The notes beneath the pieces were generated by a model. It worked only from the letters and a program-made list of their open reading frames with translations. It had not been told where the DNA came from and searched no databases. The translations under genes were made by a program, and so were the position numbers. From Methanobacteriota archaeon (GTDB lineage: Archaea > Hadarchaeota > Hadarchaeia > Hadarchaeales > Hadarchaeaceae), in the NCBI GenBank assembly GCA_043821745.1, contig JBDRCL010000137.1, positions 1-36,988 on the forward strand: a stretch of 36,988 nt of DNA, read 5' to 3'. Shown piece by piece: positions 1-8,624 of this stretch (its first letter is position 1; each line of letters opens with the position of its first letter).

Positions 1-80
1 GGGTAAAGCTTCTCCCCGCATTTTTTACAGACTTTTACGTTTTTATTGTTTTTAGTTCCGCAGTATCGGCAGTATGTCAT
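1..80 (-). CDS. zinc-ribbon protein, N-terminal fragment (continues past the left edge)
   Basis: There is a minus-strand ATG at 78-80. The translation MTYCRYCGTKNNKNVKVCKKCGEKLY shows CxxC-x10-CxxC spacing, typical of zinc-ribbon N-termini. It is absent from the ORF track because it is open at the window edge. Confidence 0.35.
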   Translation of the reverse strand, partial: MTYCRYCGTKNNKNVKVCKKCGEKLY

Positions 81-151
81 ATAACCACGTATGGGTTGTA
101 TTTGCCTTTCTTAATTTTGTCGGTGCGTGTGGAGAATCGTTGGGTTTTAAA

Positions 152-337
152 TCACTTGATTACTCCAGTTATCAACATGAGCACCACGAATATTATTATT
201 ACCAGCAATATCATGAACACAGACAAGTCAGCGCCCTTTCTTTTTTCCTCGTGTTTTTTTTCTGGTTCAACTTTTGCCACATGCTTTATTTCCGGTTTGG
301 CTTTTTCTTTTGGTTCAGCTTTCTTTTTACTTGGCAA
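152..337 (-). CDS. small Lys-rich protein with a C-terminal transmembrane anchor (hypothetical)
   Basis: This is the 3' part of track ORF 152..574. An in-frame TTG at 335-337 lies 6 nt after a GGAGGTG Shine-Dalgarno-like motif. The product is (M)PSKKKAEPKEKAKPEIKHVAKVEPEKKHEEKRKGADLS followed by the hydrophobic helix VFMILLVIIIFVVLMLITGVIK. The upstream part of the track ORF overlaps a tRNA and is rejected. Confidence 0.3.
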   Translation of the reverse strand: MPSKKKAEPKEKAKPEIKHVAKVEPEKKHEEKRKGADLSVFMILLVIIIFVVLMLITGVIK

Positions 338-439
338 TACATACACCTCCCTTTCAAGCCCATCTAAATAGCTTTTTAGAACCCATAGGATAAAAAAGCG
401 TCGCAAAGCGGAGATAAGGTAAATTTTATGTGAGTCAAA

Positions 440-572
440 TGGTGCGGGGGAAGAGATTCGGACTCTCGAAGGCCCTGCGGCCACAGGATTTCCTAGCCTG
501 TTCTTAAGTTTGGCCACAGACGGATTTACCCGTTCTGCACCTGCCCTTTTGACCAGGCTCAGGCACCCCCGC
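440..572 (-). tRNA. tRNA-Leu (anticodon UAA), class II, 133 nt including encoded CCA, with two putative introns (510-539 and 490-502)
   Basis: The reverse complement reads GCGGGGG-TG-CCT-GAGCCTGGTCAAA-AGG-G-CAGG...TCCTG-T-GGCCGCAGGGCC-TTC-GAGAG-TCCGAAT-CTCTT-CCCCCGC-A-CCA. It has a 7-bp acceptor stem, a class-II D-loop, a long variable arm and a T-arm. Removing 30 nt (TGCAG..GGCCAA) and 13 nt (AACAGGCTAGGAA) gives a perfect anticodon arm, CAGGA-CTTAAGA-TCCTG. Confidence 0.8.
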
Positions 573-775
573 ATTAGGAACTTTTATCAATGAGCCAATA
601 AAACTAGCGCCCCTTTTTGTAAACCCTGCGATAAACCGCGCGGTACTTGTTTCGCTTTAGTTTTCTACGCAACTCCAACTCAAGCCCGTTCTCGGATTTT
701 TTTGTCATTAAACCATCTGCGTCGGGAACTCGCCGTCAGCTTACAATTTAAGACAGAAACGATATAAACGATTAC

Positions 776-1231
776 GTGGCGATGAAAAGCATGCGGGTAG
801 TGAAGTATTCAAATCGGGTTTTCGAAAGGGTGGTCCCTCTGTTGAAGAAGGGAACCAAGGAATGGGGAAAGGAGTGGAGGGACGAAATCCTCCGCGTTTA
901 TTCGCGGCAAGATGGTGAGGCTTACCTTGCTGAGGACGATGGGAATGTCGTCGGGACGATATTCCTCAAAAAGGACGTTCGTGTGCTCGTTATCTATTTC
1001 CTAGCGGTCGCGGAGAAAGAGAGGATGACTGGCGTCGGCAGCTCGTTGGTGGAATTTGCGGAGAAAATTGCGAGAAGGGAGAGGAGGATACTACGAGTTG
1101 ACGTTGCGAAGGAATTCGAGAAAAACGTTGACTTCTACGCCAAGCTGGGGTTCGAGAAGTGCGGGCGGGTTAAGAACTTTTACATGGACGGCGACGAACA
1201 GATTTTCTTATATAAAAAACCTAGAAGATGA
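776..1231 (+). CDS. GNAT-family N-acetyltransferase
   Basis: The 151-aa product has an acetyl-CoA-binding-like core, LAVAEKERMTGVGSSLVEFAEKIA...FYAKLGFEK. The start is GTG at 776; ATG at 782 or 791 are alternatives. The 3' end overlaps convergent cysS by 11 nt. Confidence 0.8.
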   Translation: MAMKSMRVVKYSNRVFERVVPLLKKGTKEWGKEWRDEILRVYSRQDGEAYLAEDDGNVVGTIFLKKDVRVLVIYFLAVAEKERMTGVGSSLVEFAEKIARRERRILRVDVAKEFEKNVDFYAKLGFEKCGRVKNFYMDGDEQIFLYKKPRR

Positions 1232-2459
1232 AACCCAGTACCAAATCCATCCTTTTGATTGCACTTATTGCCCTTTTCGCGTTGCCTGCACCTAGCTTCC
1301 TTTTCTTCACCAGAGCTTCGAGTCTTCGAACCAGCGAGCACAGCGCATCTATTGCCTCAGGGATGTGCATGTCGTTGTTTACATGAAAGTAGAATTCGGC
1401 CAATGATTTTTCGATAATCCTGTCTGCGACCTCATTGTCTTTCCCGGACTTCACTCGCCCCAGATTCCTGATCAATCCCTTGCATCTGTTGATCTCCCGT
1501 GCTTTCTTGAGCAGGCCTTGGAAGGTAAAGTTCAGGCGCTTCCTGTAGTGCTCGCTCAGGAGATATGCCCTTATCGCATCGTATCCGTATCCTTTCCTAC
1601 TCAATTCATCTACTGAGTACGACCTACCGAGAGACTTGCTCATCTTTTTCCCGTATATCACCAGGTGCCGGACGTGCACCCAGTATCTTGCCGGTATTTT
1701 CCCAGTGGCGCCGGCACTCTGGGCTATCTCGTTGTCGTGGTGGGAGAACACGTTGTCGATGCCGCCCATGTGCATGTCGAACGGGGCGCCCAGGTATCGG
1801 ATGCTCATGGCGCTGCACTCTATGTGCCAGCCGGGCCTCCCCCTACCCAGCCCCGTGTCCCAGAATATGTCCCCATCGCTCTTTCTCCATGCCTTCCAGA
1901 GTATGAAGTCCCCGGCCTCGTATTGGAAGTAATCGTCCTTGTAGATCCGCTTATCGAGCTTGTGCTTGAACTTGTAATGCGAGATCATCCCGTAGCGCGG
2001 GAAACGCGAGACGTTGAAGAAAACGTTGCCATAGTCGTCTTTGTACGCCAGCCCCTTTTTCATGAGTTTCTTTATTAAAGTTACCATTTGCTTTATGTTC
2101 TGTGTGGCGCGAGGGTAGTTGTCGGCAGGTATCAGGTTGAGTTTGCGAGAGTTCTTCAAGAATAGTTTCTCGTTCTCCTCGACTATCTTCCGCATACTTT
2201 TCCGGCTTCCCTTCGCGGCTCTGACCATCTTGTCTTCGATGTCAGTTATGTTCATGGTGTGATTTACCTTGTAACCGTTTGACATCAGTGCCCTCTTGAA
2301 CACATCCTCGACGATGTACGTGCGGAAATTGCCGATGTGTGGGGTGGAATAAACGCTGGGGCCGCATGTGTACATGCGGACCTCGCCCTTTCTCATGGGC
2401 ACGAACTTTTTAGTCCTTCGCGAGAGCGTGTCGTGAACTAGCATATTTTCAACTAACAT
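1221..2459 (-). CDS. cysS: cysteinyl-tRNA synthetase
   Basis: CysRS hallmarks are present: MYTCGPSVYSTPHIGNFRTY (a HIGH-motif variant, HIGN), ITDIEDKM, GWHIECSAM, GGIDNVFSHHDNEIAQS and KMSKSLG. At 412 aa it is a short form. Confidence 0.95.
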   Translation of the reverse strand: MLVENMLVHDTLSRRTKKFVPMRKGEVRMYTCGPSVYSTPHIGNFRTYIVEDVFKRALMSNGYKVNHTMNITDIEDKMVRAAKGSRKSMRKIVEENEKLFLKNSRKLNLIPADNYPRATQNIKQMVTLIKKLMKKGLAYKDDYGNVFFNVSRFPRYGMISHYKFKHKLDKRIYKDDYFQYEAGDFILWKAWRKSDGDIFWDTGLGRGRPGWHIECSAMSIRYLGAPFDMHMGGIDNVFSHHDNEIAQSAGATGKIPARYWVHVRHLVIYGKKMSKSLGRSYSVDELSRKGYGYDAIRAYLLSEHYRKRLNFTFQGLLKKAREINRCKGLIRNLGRVKSGKDNEVADRIIEKSLAEFYFHVNNDMHIPEAIDALCSLVRRLEALVKKRKLGAGNAKRAISAIKRMDLVLGFIF

Positions 2460-2543
2460 ATGGCTTCAAGGCTTTTAATCCTCAAGCTTTCAAAACATCA
2501 ACCCTTCTAGTTATAAGCGTGGCTCGGGCAATTGGCGGAAAAG

Positions 2544-2650
2544 TGGTGCTCCGGCCGGGATTTGAACCCGGGGCGCAGACTCGAGAGGCCTGCATGTTTA
2601 GCCTCTGATCGATTTCACGACCAGATTTGACCGGCCTACACTACCGGAGC
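2544..2650 (-). tRNA. tRNA-Glu (anticodon CUC), 107 nt including encoded CCA, with a putative 29-nt intron in the D-loop (about 2598-2626)
   Basis: The reverse complement reads GCTCCGG-TA-GTGT-AGGCCGGTCAA-[ATCTGGTCGTGAAATCGATCAGAGGCTAA]-ACAT-G-CAGGC-CTCTCGA-GTCTG-CGCC-CCGGG-TTCAAAT-CCCGG-CCGGAGC-A-CCA. Without the insert it is a canonical 75-nt cloverleaf plus CCA. Confidence 0.85.
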
Positions 2651-2737
2651 ACCAGAATCATCTAACCTCCTGACCGTTTAAGATTTCTACTTAATAACTT
2701 TAATTCTGGAAATTTTGGGAGTGGTTTCAATTAAAAT

Positions 2738-3424
2738 TTATGCGTCCATCTTTTTCGCCAGCACGTTTTTTGAGTACATGGCGCAAGACTTGTCGTTCTC
2801 AGGGCAAACGCTCTCCATGACGCAGGATGGACCGGCTTTTTCGAAGATCACCGGCGCAACCTTCTTGACATGTTTGAGCATTTCGTAGGCGAGCTTTCTG
2901 ATTTCCCACTGGGCGTGGTGGCAGCACCTCAGCCTGAAGAAGTTCATCAGCGAGCGAGCGTTCATGGTGACCACTATGTTCGTGGTAGTGGCGTTCGGGA
3001 GCAAGTAGCGCGCATCCTCCACCGGAATCCCCTTCTCGATAAGGTCGACGTATTCCTTCCAGGCGGCGTTCATCGCCTCGACGTATTTTTTCTCAATATC
3101 TTTGTCTTTCGAGATTGAGGGAGGGGTGATATATTTCTGCTCCATCCTTACAGCTCTCTGGCTCTGTTGCGAATAGCTGGCGATTCTGTGGCGGACGAGT
3201 TCGTGGGTACAAGCGCGGGACACGTCTTCAATGCTGAACGTGAAGGAGGCGTGTTCGATTACGGAATCGTGGCCGTGCTCCACGCAAATTTCCAAGCTCC
3301 GAAGCAGCTTCGATCTGTCCTCCTTAAGAATTTCGTCAGCTGCCCTTTGCGAGCGGCACGAGCGTGCAGCTGCGCCCGCGAGCACGTCAGGATTGGGAGT
3401 GTGGGCGATCAGCTTTACCTTCAT
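2738..3424 (-). CDS. thyX: FAD-dependent thymidylate synthase ThyX
   Basis: The ThyX signature RHRIASYSQQSQR is present (RHRxxSxxxxSxR). The product is 228 aa. There is a 4-nt start/stop overlap with upstream dcd. Confidence 0.95.
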   Translation of the reverse strand: MKVKLIAHTPNPDVLAGAAARSCRSQRAADEILKEDRSKLLRSLEICVEHGHDSVIEHASFTFSIEDVSRACTHELVRHRIASYSQQSQRAVRMEQKYITPPSISKDKDIEKKYVEAMNAAWKEYVDLIEKGIPVEDARYLLPNATTTNIVVTMNARSLMNFFRLRCCHHAQWEIRKLAYEMLKHVKKVAPVIFEKAGPSCVMESVCPENDKSCAMYSKNVLAKKMDA

Positions 3425-4038
3425 GGTTTTTCCTCGATTTCCATCATGGTCGCGAGGTCCTTATCAGCGTACAGCTTCGGCAAGGCCGGCTCGGTGCTTC
3501 CGGAGTACTTCCCTTCGTACGGTTTTTCAGCGGGCGACTCGGTCCTGAAGAACACCATCTGACCTATCCTAAGGCCAACGGGCAGGTAGTATGGAACTGC
3601 TAGGTGGTTAGTGATCTCTATCGTCCAGACACCGTCGAAGCCTATGTCCCCCCATCCGGCCCCTCGCACGATGTCTATTCCTGTCCTGGCCAACGAAGAC
3701 CTGCAACGGATCGATGCGACTATGTCACTCTTGGTCCCGACCCTCTCTAGAGTCGAAGCTATGACGAAACCGTGGGGCGGGAGCCTTATGAACTTCCCGC
3801 GGATGGCCTTGTTGAGCACGCGGAGGGTTTCTTCCTTCGCCTCGTGCTTTACGTAGGCCATGTCGACGGACTCTTTGATGAATGGGAAGAACCCGTCTAT
3901 TTCGTTGTTGAACGTGTAGAAAATGGGACCGATCGATAGGTCGTACCCGTTCGGCTGCACCCTTTTCCTGTCAAATGGCTCTATGATTATTTTGCCCGCC
4001 GATAGTTCTTTCATGATGTCACGATCCGATAGTGGCAA
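3421..4038 (-). CDS. dcd: dCTP deaminase (dUTPase superfamily)
   Basis: The N-terminus MPLSDRDIMKEL..IIIEPF....VQPNGYDLSIG and the 205-aa length are typical of Dcd. It is translationally coupled to thyX. Confidence 0.9.
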   Translation of the reverse strand: MPLSDRDIMKELSAGKIIIEPFDRKRVQPNGYDLSIGPIFYTFNNEIDGFFPFIKESVDMAYVKHEAKEETLRVLNKAIRGKFIRLPPHGFVIASTLERVGTKSDIVASIRCRSSLARTGIDIVRGAGWGDIGFDGVWTIEITNHLAVPYYLPVGLRIGQMVFFRTESPAEKPYEGKYSGSTEPALPKLYADKDLATMMEIEEKP

Positions 4039-4049
4039 TGTTTCACCTC

Positions 4050-4751
4050 CTAAATGTTCCTTATCTCAAAGCTATTGAACATTCCGCTTATGGCCTTTCG
4101 CGTGCGTTCGATGGCGTCTCTAGGCCAAGGGGCCAGCTTCTCGAACTTGGGATCGATGGTTGACTGGGGAGCGAACTGTTGAATCGCGTATTTTCTTGAC
4201 CCTTTTACATGGTTGGCAATCTTGATTATGTCGTCCGGGGACAGGAGTTCAGGCACAAGCGTCGTCCTGAACTCGTATTCAATAGGAGAATCGCGAAGCA
4301 GCTCAATGCTCTTTAGAACGCGGTCAAGAATCGCTTCATCCTCCACACCTGTGAGCTCTTTGTAGCGCTCATGCGTCAACGGGGCTTTTACATCCATCGC
4401 GACGTAGTCGACCAGCCCCAGCTTGATCAAGTCGTTGAGGACGTCTGGGTTTGACCCGTTCGTCGCGAGCGATACTTGAAGGCCCTTTTGTTTTACTCGC
4501 CTGCAAAAGTCATGCAAATCAGGTTGGAGGGTCGGCTCCCCACCTGTGATAGCTATCCCATCCAGCCAGTTCCGGCGCCTTTCAACGGAAGCGAATATTT
4601 CGTCCTCTGAAATTACAGGCAGGCTCTCCGGTTTAAGCACAAGGTCCCTGTTCTGGCACCACGGACACCTGAAATTGCATCCGCCGGTGAATGCGACCGC
4701 AACGGCCTTTCCCGGGACCTCGTTGAATGAAATGGTGATTAAACCGTTCAC
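4050..4751 (-). CDS. nrdG: anaerobic ribonucleotide reductase activating protein (radical SAM)
   Basis: It has the radical-SAM cluster motif GGCNFRCPWCQN and GGEPTLQ, and lies immediately downstream of nrdD. Confidence 0.9.
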   Translation of the reverse strand: MNGLITISFNEVPGKAVAVAFTGGCNFRCPWCQNRDLVLKPESLPVISEDEIFASVERRRNWLDGIAITGGEPTLQPDLHDFCRRVKQKGLQVSLATNGSNPDVLNDLIKLGLVDYVAMDVKAPLTHERYKELTGVEDEAILDRVLKSIELLRDSPIEYEFRTTLVPELLSPDDIIKIANHVKGSRKYAIQQFAPQSTIDPKFEKLAPWPRDAIERTRKAISGMFNSFEIRNI

Positions 4752-4787
4752 TTTCGTTTGCTCACTTCCTAGGAAATTATTAGTAGT

Positions 4788-6833
4788 TCAGCCGAAATAT
4801 TTTCGCTGCCTGAACTCTTCCCGCTTGCCGTCGCTCCAGTTGGCGACCGGGCGCAGGTAGCCGACAACGCGTGAGTAGACCTCGGTCTGCTTGCCGCACT
4901 GCGGGCAGCTGCGGTGCTCGCCGGGGGCATAACCGTGGTCCGAGCAGATGCTGAATGTGGGCGTCAAAGTGAAGTACGGGAGGCGGCTGTTGGACGTCAT
5001 TTTCTTGAGAAGCAGCTTCGCAGCCGATCCCTGTATCCTTTCGCCCAGCCACGTGTGGAAGACTGTCCCACCGCTGTAGAGGGTCTGAAGGTCCTCCTGG
5101 TGGTCTAGGCTCTCGACGAGGTCAAGGCCAGCGTTGACCGGGAGCTGGCTAGAGTTCGTGTAGTAGGGAACGCGTTCTCCCGCAGCCTTTATGTCCGGAT
5201 ATTTCCTCCTGTCTATCAGGGCCAGCCTGTAGCTCGTCCCCTCGGCCGGGGTGGCCTCGAGGTTGTACAGGTGGTCTGTCTCCTCCTGGAACTCGACAAG
5301 GCGCTCGCGCATTGCGTTAAGCGTCTTGACCGCGAACTTCTTGCCCTCACCATTAACTATGTCTTGCTCGAGCAGGTTGAGGGAAGCTTCGTTCACACCT
5401 ACTAGTCCGATTGTGGAGAAGTGGTGGTTCAGGTTCCCAAGGTAACGCTTTGTGAACGGCAACAGGCCATTGGATATGTTTTTTTCAATAATTTCCCTCT
5501 TTATCTCGAGCGATCGCTTGGCCAGCTCCATTATCTGGTTGAGGCGTTCGAAGAACTCGTCCTCATCCTTTGAGAGGTAGCCCAGACGGGCCATGTTTAT
5601 CGTAACGACGCCCATCGACCCAGTTGAGTCCCCGGCGCCGAACAGGCCCCCGGACATCTTGTTTTTGAGTTCCCTCATGTCAAGCCTCAGCCTGCAGCAC
5701 ATGCTGCGCACGTCGCTTGGGTTCAGGTCGGAGTTAACAAAGTTCTGGAAATACGGCTGGCCGTACTTTGCCGTAGCTTCGAAGAGGGTATCGGCTAGGG
5801 GGCTGTCCCATTCGAAATCATTTGTCACCGAGTAAGTTGGTATCGGAAAAGTGAACGGACGGCCGCTCATATCCCCTTCAGAAAGAACTTCGATGAAGGC
5901 TCGGTTTATTATCTCGGTTTCCTCCGTTAGGTCACCATATGCTCGGTCCAAGACTTTGCTGCCAACTATGGCCGGTTTGTCGGCCAGGTCCTTCGGAACA
6001 GTCATGTCGAGCGTCACGTTCGTGAACGGGCACTGGCCGCCGAATTGCGATGTGACGTTTAGGTTGAACACGAATTCCTGTAAGGCCTGTTTCACCTGGC
6101 CGTAGTCCATACTGTCTTCCCATACAAAAGGCGCCAGCAGGGTGTCAATCGAGTTGAACGCCATCGCACCTGCCCATTCGTTCGAGAGCGTGCCCATGAA
6201 ATTCACCATCTGCAGTAGGGCTGTCGTCATGTGCTTCGGGGGTTTAGAGCCTATCCTGTTCGGGACGCCGTTGAAGCCTTCAGCCAACAGCTGCTGCAAC
6301 GACCAGCCGGCGCAGTAACCGCATATCCCACGACCAAGGTCGTGAATGTGGAAGTCCCCGTTGCTGTGCGCGTCTGCCACCTCCATCGGGTAAAGCTTGG
6401 AGAGGGTGTAGTTCGCTATCACGGTGGTGGATATGTGTTGCTCCAGACCGCTCAGCGAGAAGTCGATGTTCGCGTTCTCCCTGACCCTCCAGTCTAGGTG
6501 CCCTATGTAGCTGTCAACGATGCGCTCGACTTCAAGCGAGGTCGAACGGATTTTTTTCAATTCTTCCTGGTGCTTGCGGTAGAGTATGTAAGCTTTAGCG
6601 GTCCTAGCGTGCCCGCGTTCGATCAGGATTTTCTCCACGACGTCCCCGATGTCTTCGGTTGACACGATGTCTGTTTTAAATTGGTTCTGGACGATTGAGA
6701 TGACCTCGCTCCCAAGTCTTTTGGCAATGTCTCGGTCTCGTCCGCCTACTGTTTGTGCTGATCTGAAGATAGACTCGATAATTTTTTCAGGATTGAAATC
6801 TTCTAGAGTGCCGTCTCGTTTTCTAACTTTCAT
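4788..6833 (-). CDS. nrdD: anaerobic (class III) ribonucleoside-triphosphate reductase
   Basis: It has an N-terminal ATP-cone (MKVRKRDGTLEDFNPEKI). The C-terminus carries a Zn-ribbon and glycyl-radical region, CSDHGY..CPQCG...YSRVVGYLRPV..W..GKREEF..R. Confidence 0.95.
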   Translation of the reverse strand: MKVRKRDGTLEDFNPEKIIESIFRSAQTVGGRDRDIAKRLGSEVISIVQNQFKTDIVSTEDIGDVVEKILIERGHARTAKAYILYRKHQEELKKIRSTSLEVERIVDSYIGHLDWRVRENANIDFSLSGLEQHISTTVIANYTLSKLYPMEVADAHSNGDFHIHDLGRGICGYCAGWSLQQLLAEGFNGVPNRIGSKPPKHMTTALLQMVNFMGTLSNEWAGAMAFNSIDTLLAPFVWEDSMDYGQVKQALQEFVFNLNVTSQFGGQCPFTNVTLDMTVPKDLADKPAIVGSKVLDRAYGDLTEETEIINRAFIEVLSEGDMSGRPFTFPIPTYSVTNDFEWDSPLADTLFEATAKYGQPYFQNFVNSDLNPSDVRSMCCRLRLDMRELKNKMSGGLFGAGDSTGSMGVVTINMARLGYLSKDEDEFFERLNQIMELAKRSLEIKREIIEKNISNGLLPFTKRYLGNLNHHFSTIGLVGVNEASLNLLEQDIVNGEGKKFAVKTLNAMRERLVEFQEETDHLYNLEATPAEGTSYRLALIDRRKYPDIKAAGERVPYYTNSSQLPVNAGLDLVESLDHQEDLQTLYSGGTVFHTWLGERIQGSAAKLLLKKMTSNSRLPYFTLTPTFSICSDHGYAPGEHRSCPQCGKQTEVYSRVVGYLRPVANWSDGKREEFRQRKYFG

Positions 6834-7024
6834 AATATCACACCCACTGTTTCAAATGATGCCGATAAAGTTTTAGGGTTGATACCTTAGCCAACTCTAG
6901 CTGACCCAAAACTAATTCGTGCATCACTTACTTTTGTTCTTACCAATAAAAAGTTTTTCGTTACCTGAAATTAAGAATTAAATTTTAAGTTAGGCTTAGT
7001 TTTATTATTAAAATAGTATTTTTT

Positions 7025-8620
7025 CTAGATTTTGCCTAAGATTGCTTTTGTGAACGCCTCAAATACCGGTGAGGGCTTCCCAGGCCTTGACTTGAACTCC
7101 GGGTGGAACTGCGTCGCTAGGAAGAAGGGATGCTTTGGAAGTTCCAGAATCTCCATCCGCCTTCCGTCGAGGGATTTTCCGGAGAACCTTAGCCCGTTTT
7201 TGGTTAGCCTTCCAATGTACTTGGGGTTGACCTCGTATCTATGCCTGTGTCGCTCTTGGATTCTCTCCTTCCCATATATCCTGAAGGCTTTAGTGCCCTT
7301 GGCCAAGCGGATATCGTGCGCCCCGAGCCTCATGGTCCCGCCGAGGTCCGATACTTTCTTCTGTTCCGGTAGGATGTCAATTATTGGGTAGGGTGCCTTT
7401 GCATCTATCTCCGTACTGTTGGCTCCATTCATCCCTATGCTGCGGGCGAATTCGACAACCGCGAGCTGGAACCCGAAGCAAAGGCCCAGAAACGGTATGG
7501 AGTGTTCCCGGGCGTAAGAGATTGCCGCTATCTTTCCCTCGCTTCCGCGCTGGCCGAAGCCCCCCGGAATCAGTATGCCGTTGTAGGACTGGAGCGTCAT
7601 CAGATCTTTGCTTGACTTTTCAAATCTCTCCGCGTCCATCCAGCCGATCTCGACCCTGCAATCGTTTGCCCCGGCGGCGTGCTTGAGGGATTCATTGATG
7701 CTAAGGTATGTGTCAGGGAACCGAATGTATTTACCGACCATGGCAATTCTCAGTGTCTTAGTCGCCCTCTCCATCCTTTCGACGACCTTTTTCCAGCCCG
7801 ACATGTCCTCGTTCTTGTTTCGGAGGCGCAGCCGTTTGAGTAGCAGGTTGCCCAGTCCCTCGTCGTCCAGTAGTATGGGTAATTTGTAAACGTTCCCGAC
7901 GTCATGGGCGCTGATCACCGCGTTCTCCGGCACGTTGCAGAAAAGAGAGATTTTTCGCTTCGCTTTCTCACCTAAGGGGTCTCTGGTGCGGCAGATCAAA
8001 AAGTCAGGCGATACGCCGGCCTCGAGGAGCTGCTTGACGCTGTGCTGGGTGGGCTTGGTCTTTTGCTCACCTACAACTTCCAACATGGGTACGAGCGTGA
8101 GATGGACAAATGCCGCGTTTTCTGTGCCCTCCTCTAGGGCAAGTTGTCTCATGGCCTCTATGAACGGCATGCTCTCTATGTCTCCGACCGTCCCGCCTAT
8201 CTCCACCATGCAGACTTCCGCCCTGCTTTTGCTTGCTACCTGACGAACGCGGCTTTTGATTAGGTCAGTGATGTAAAAGATGATTTGCACGGTCTGGCCG
8301 AGGTAATCCCCCTTCCTTTCCATCCTGATCACTTCGCCGTAAATCTGGCCCGTGGTGATGTTGTGGTCTTTGGTAAGGTTCACGTCGAGAAAGCGCTCGT
8401 AATGTCCCATGTCGAGGTCGATCTCGCCGCCGTCGTTCGTGACGAAAATCTCGCCGTGCTCGAACGGGTTTATCGTGCCAGCGTCGCAGTTCAGGTAAGG
8501 GTCTATCTTAATGGCGGTGACTTTGAAACTTCGGGACTGGAGAATTCTACCTATCGAAGCCGTCGTTAGTCCTTTTCCGAGCCCGCTTATCACCCCACCA
8601 GTCACGATTAGATATTTCAT
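7025..8620 (-). CDS. pyrG: CTP synthase
   Basis: The N-terminus is MKYLIVTGGVISGLGKG. The glutamine amidotransferase domain shows GLCFGFQ and HRHRYEVN. Length is 531 aa. Confidence 0.97.
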   Translation of the reverse strand: MKYLIVTGGVISGLGKGLTTASIGRILQSRSFKVTAIKIDPYLNCDAGTINPFEHGEIFVTNDGGEIDLDMGHYERFLDVNLTKDHNITTGQIYGEVIRMERKGDYLGQTVQIIFYITDLIKSRVRQVASKSRAEVCMVEIGGTVGDIESMPFIEAMRQLALEEGTENAAFVHLTLVPMLEVVGEQKTKPTQHSVKQLLEAGVSPDFLICRTRDPLGEKAKRKISLFCNVPENAVISAHDVGNVYKLPILLDDEGLGNLLLKRLRLRNKNEDMSGWKKVVERMERATKTLRIAMVGKYIRFPDTYLSINESLKHAAGANDCRVEIGWMDAERFEKSSKDLMTLQSYNGILIPGGFGQRGSEGKIAAISYAREHSIPFLGLCFGFQLAVVEFARSIGMNGANSTEIDAKAPYPIIDILPEQKKVSDLGGTMRLGAHDIRLAKGTKAFRIYGKERIQERHRHRYEVNPKYIGRLTKNGLRFSGKSLDGRRMEILELPKHPFFLATQFHPEFKSRPGKPSPVFEAFTKAILGKI

Positions 8621-8624
8621 TTTT

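Noticed and set aside
338-574. The N-terminal ~80 aa of track ORF 152..574 (minus strand).
   Set aside because: It overlaps the tRNA-Leu gene (440-572) on the same strand. The translated segment (MRGCLSLVKRAGAERVNPSV...) is simply the tRNA read as protein. Only the 3' portion from the TTG at 337 is considered.
1565-2078. Several plus-strand ORFs (1565..1906, 1636..1932, 1665..2078) and a minus off-frame ORF inside cysS.
   Set aside because: They are embedded in or antisense to a strongly conserved aaRS gene and have Arg/Pro/Cys-rich shadow-ORF composition. The same reasoning applies to shadow ORFs inside thyX, dcd, nrdD, pyrG, pyrD, pyrFE, aglB, hisS, proS, proA, coaBC, pantoate kinase and ABCE1. 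Examples are 21739..22233, 20514..20897, 30431..30904, 31991..32392, 32765..33100, 33757..34095 and 36218..36915.
6834-7024. The AT-rich 191-bp spacer between pyrG and nrdD, considered as a possible riboswitch or ncRNA.
   Set aside because: I found no conserved-looking stem-loops or known motif by eye. It is adequately explained as the pyrG terminator (oligo-T tract on the minus strand near 6944-6952) plus the nrdD promoter. It is left unannotated.
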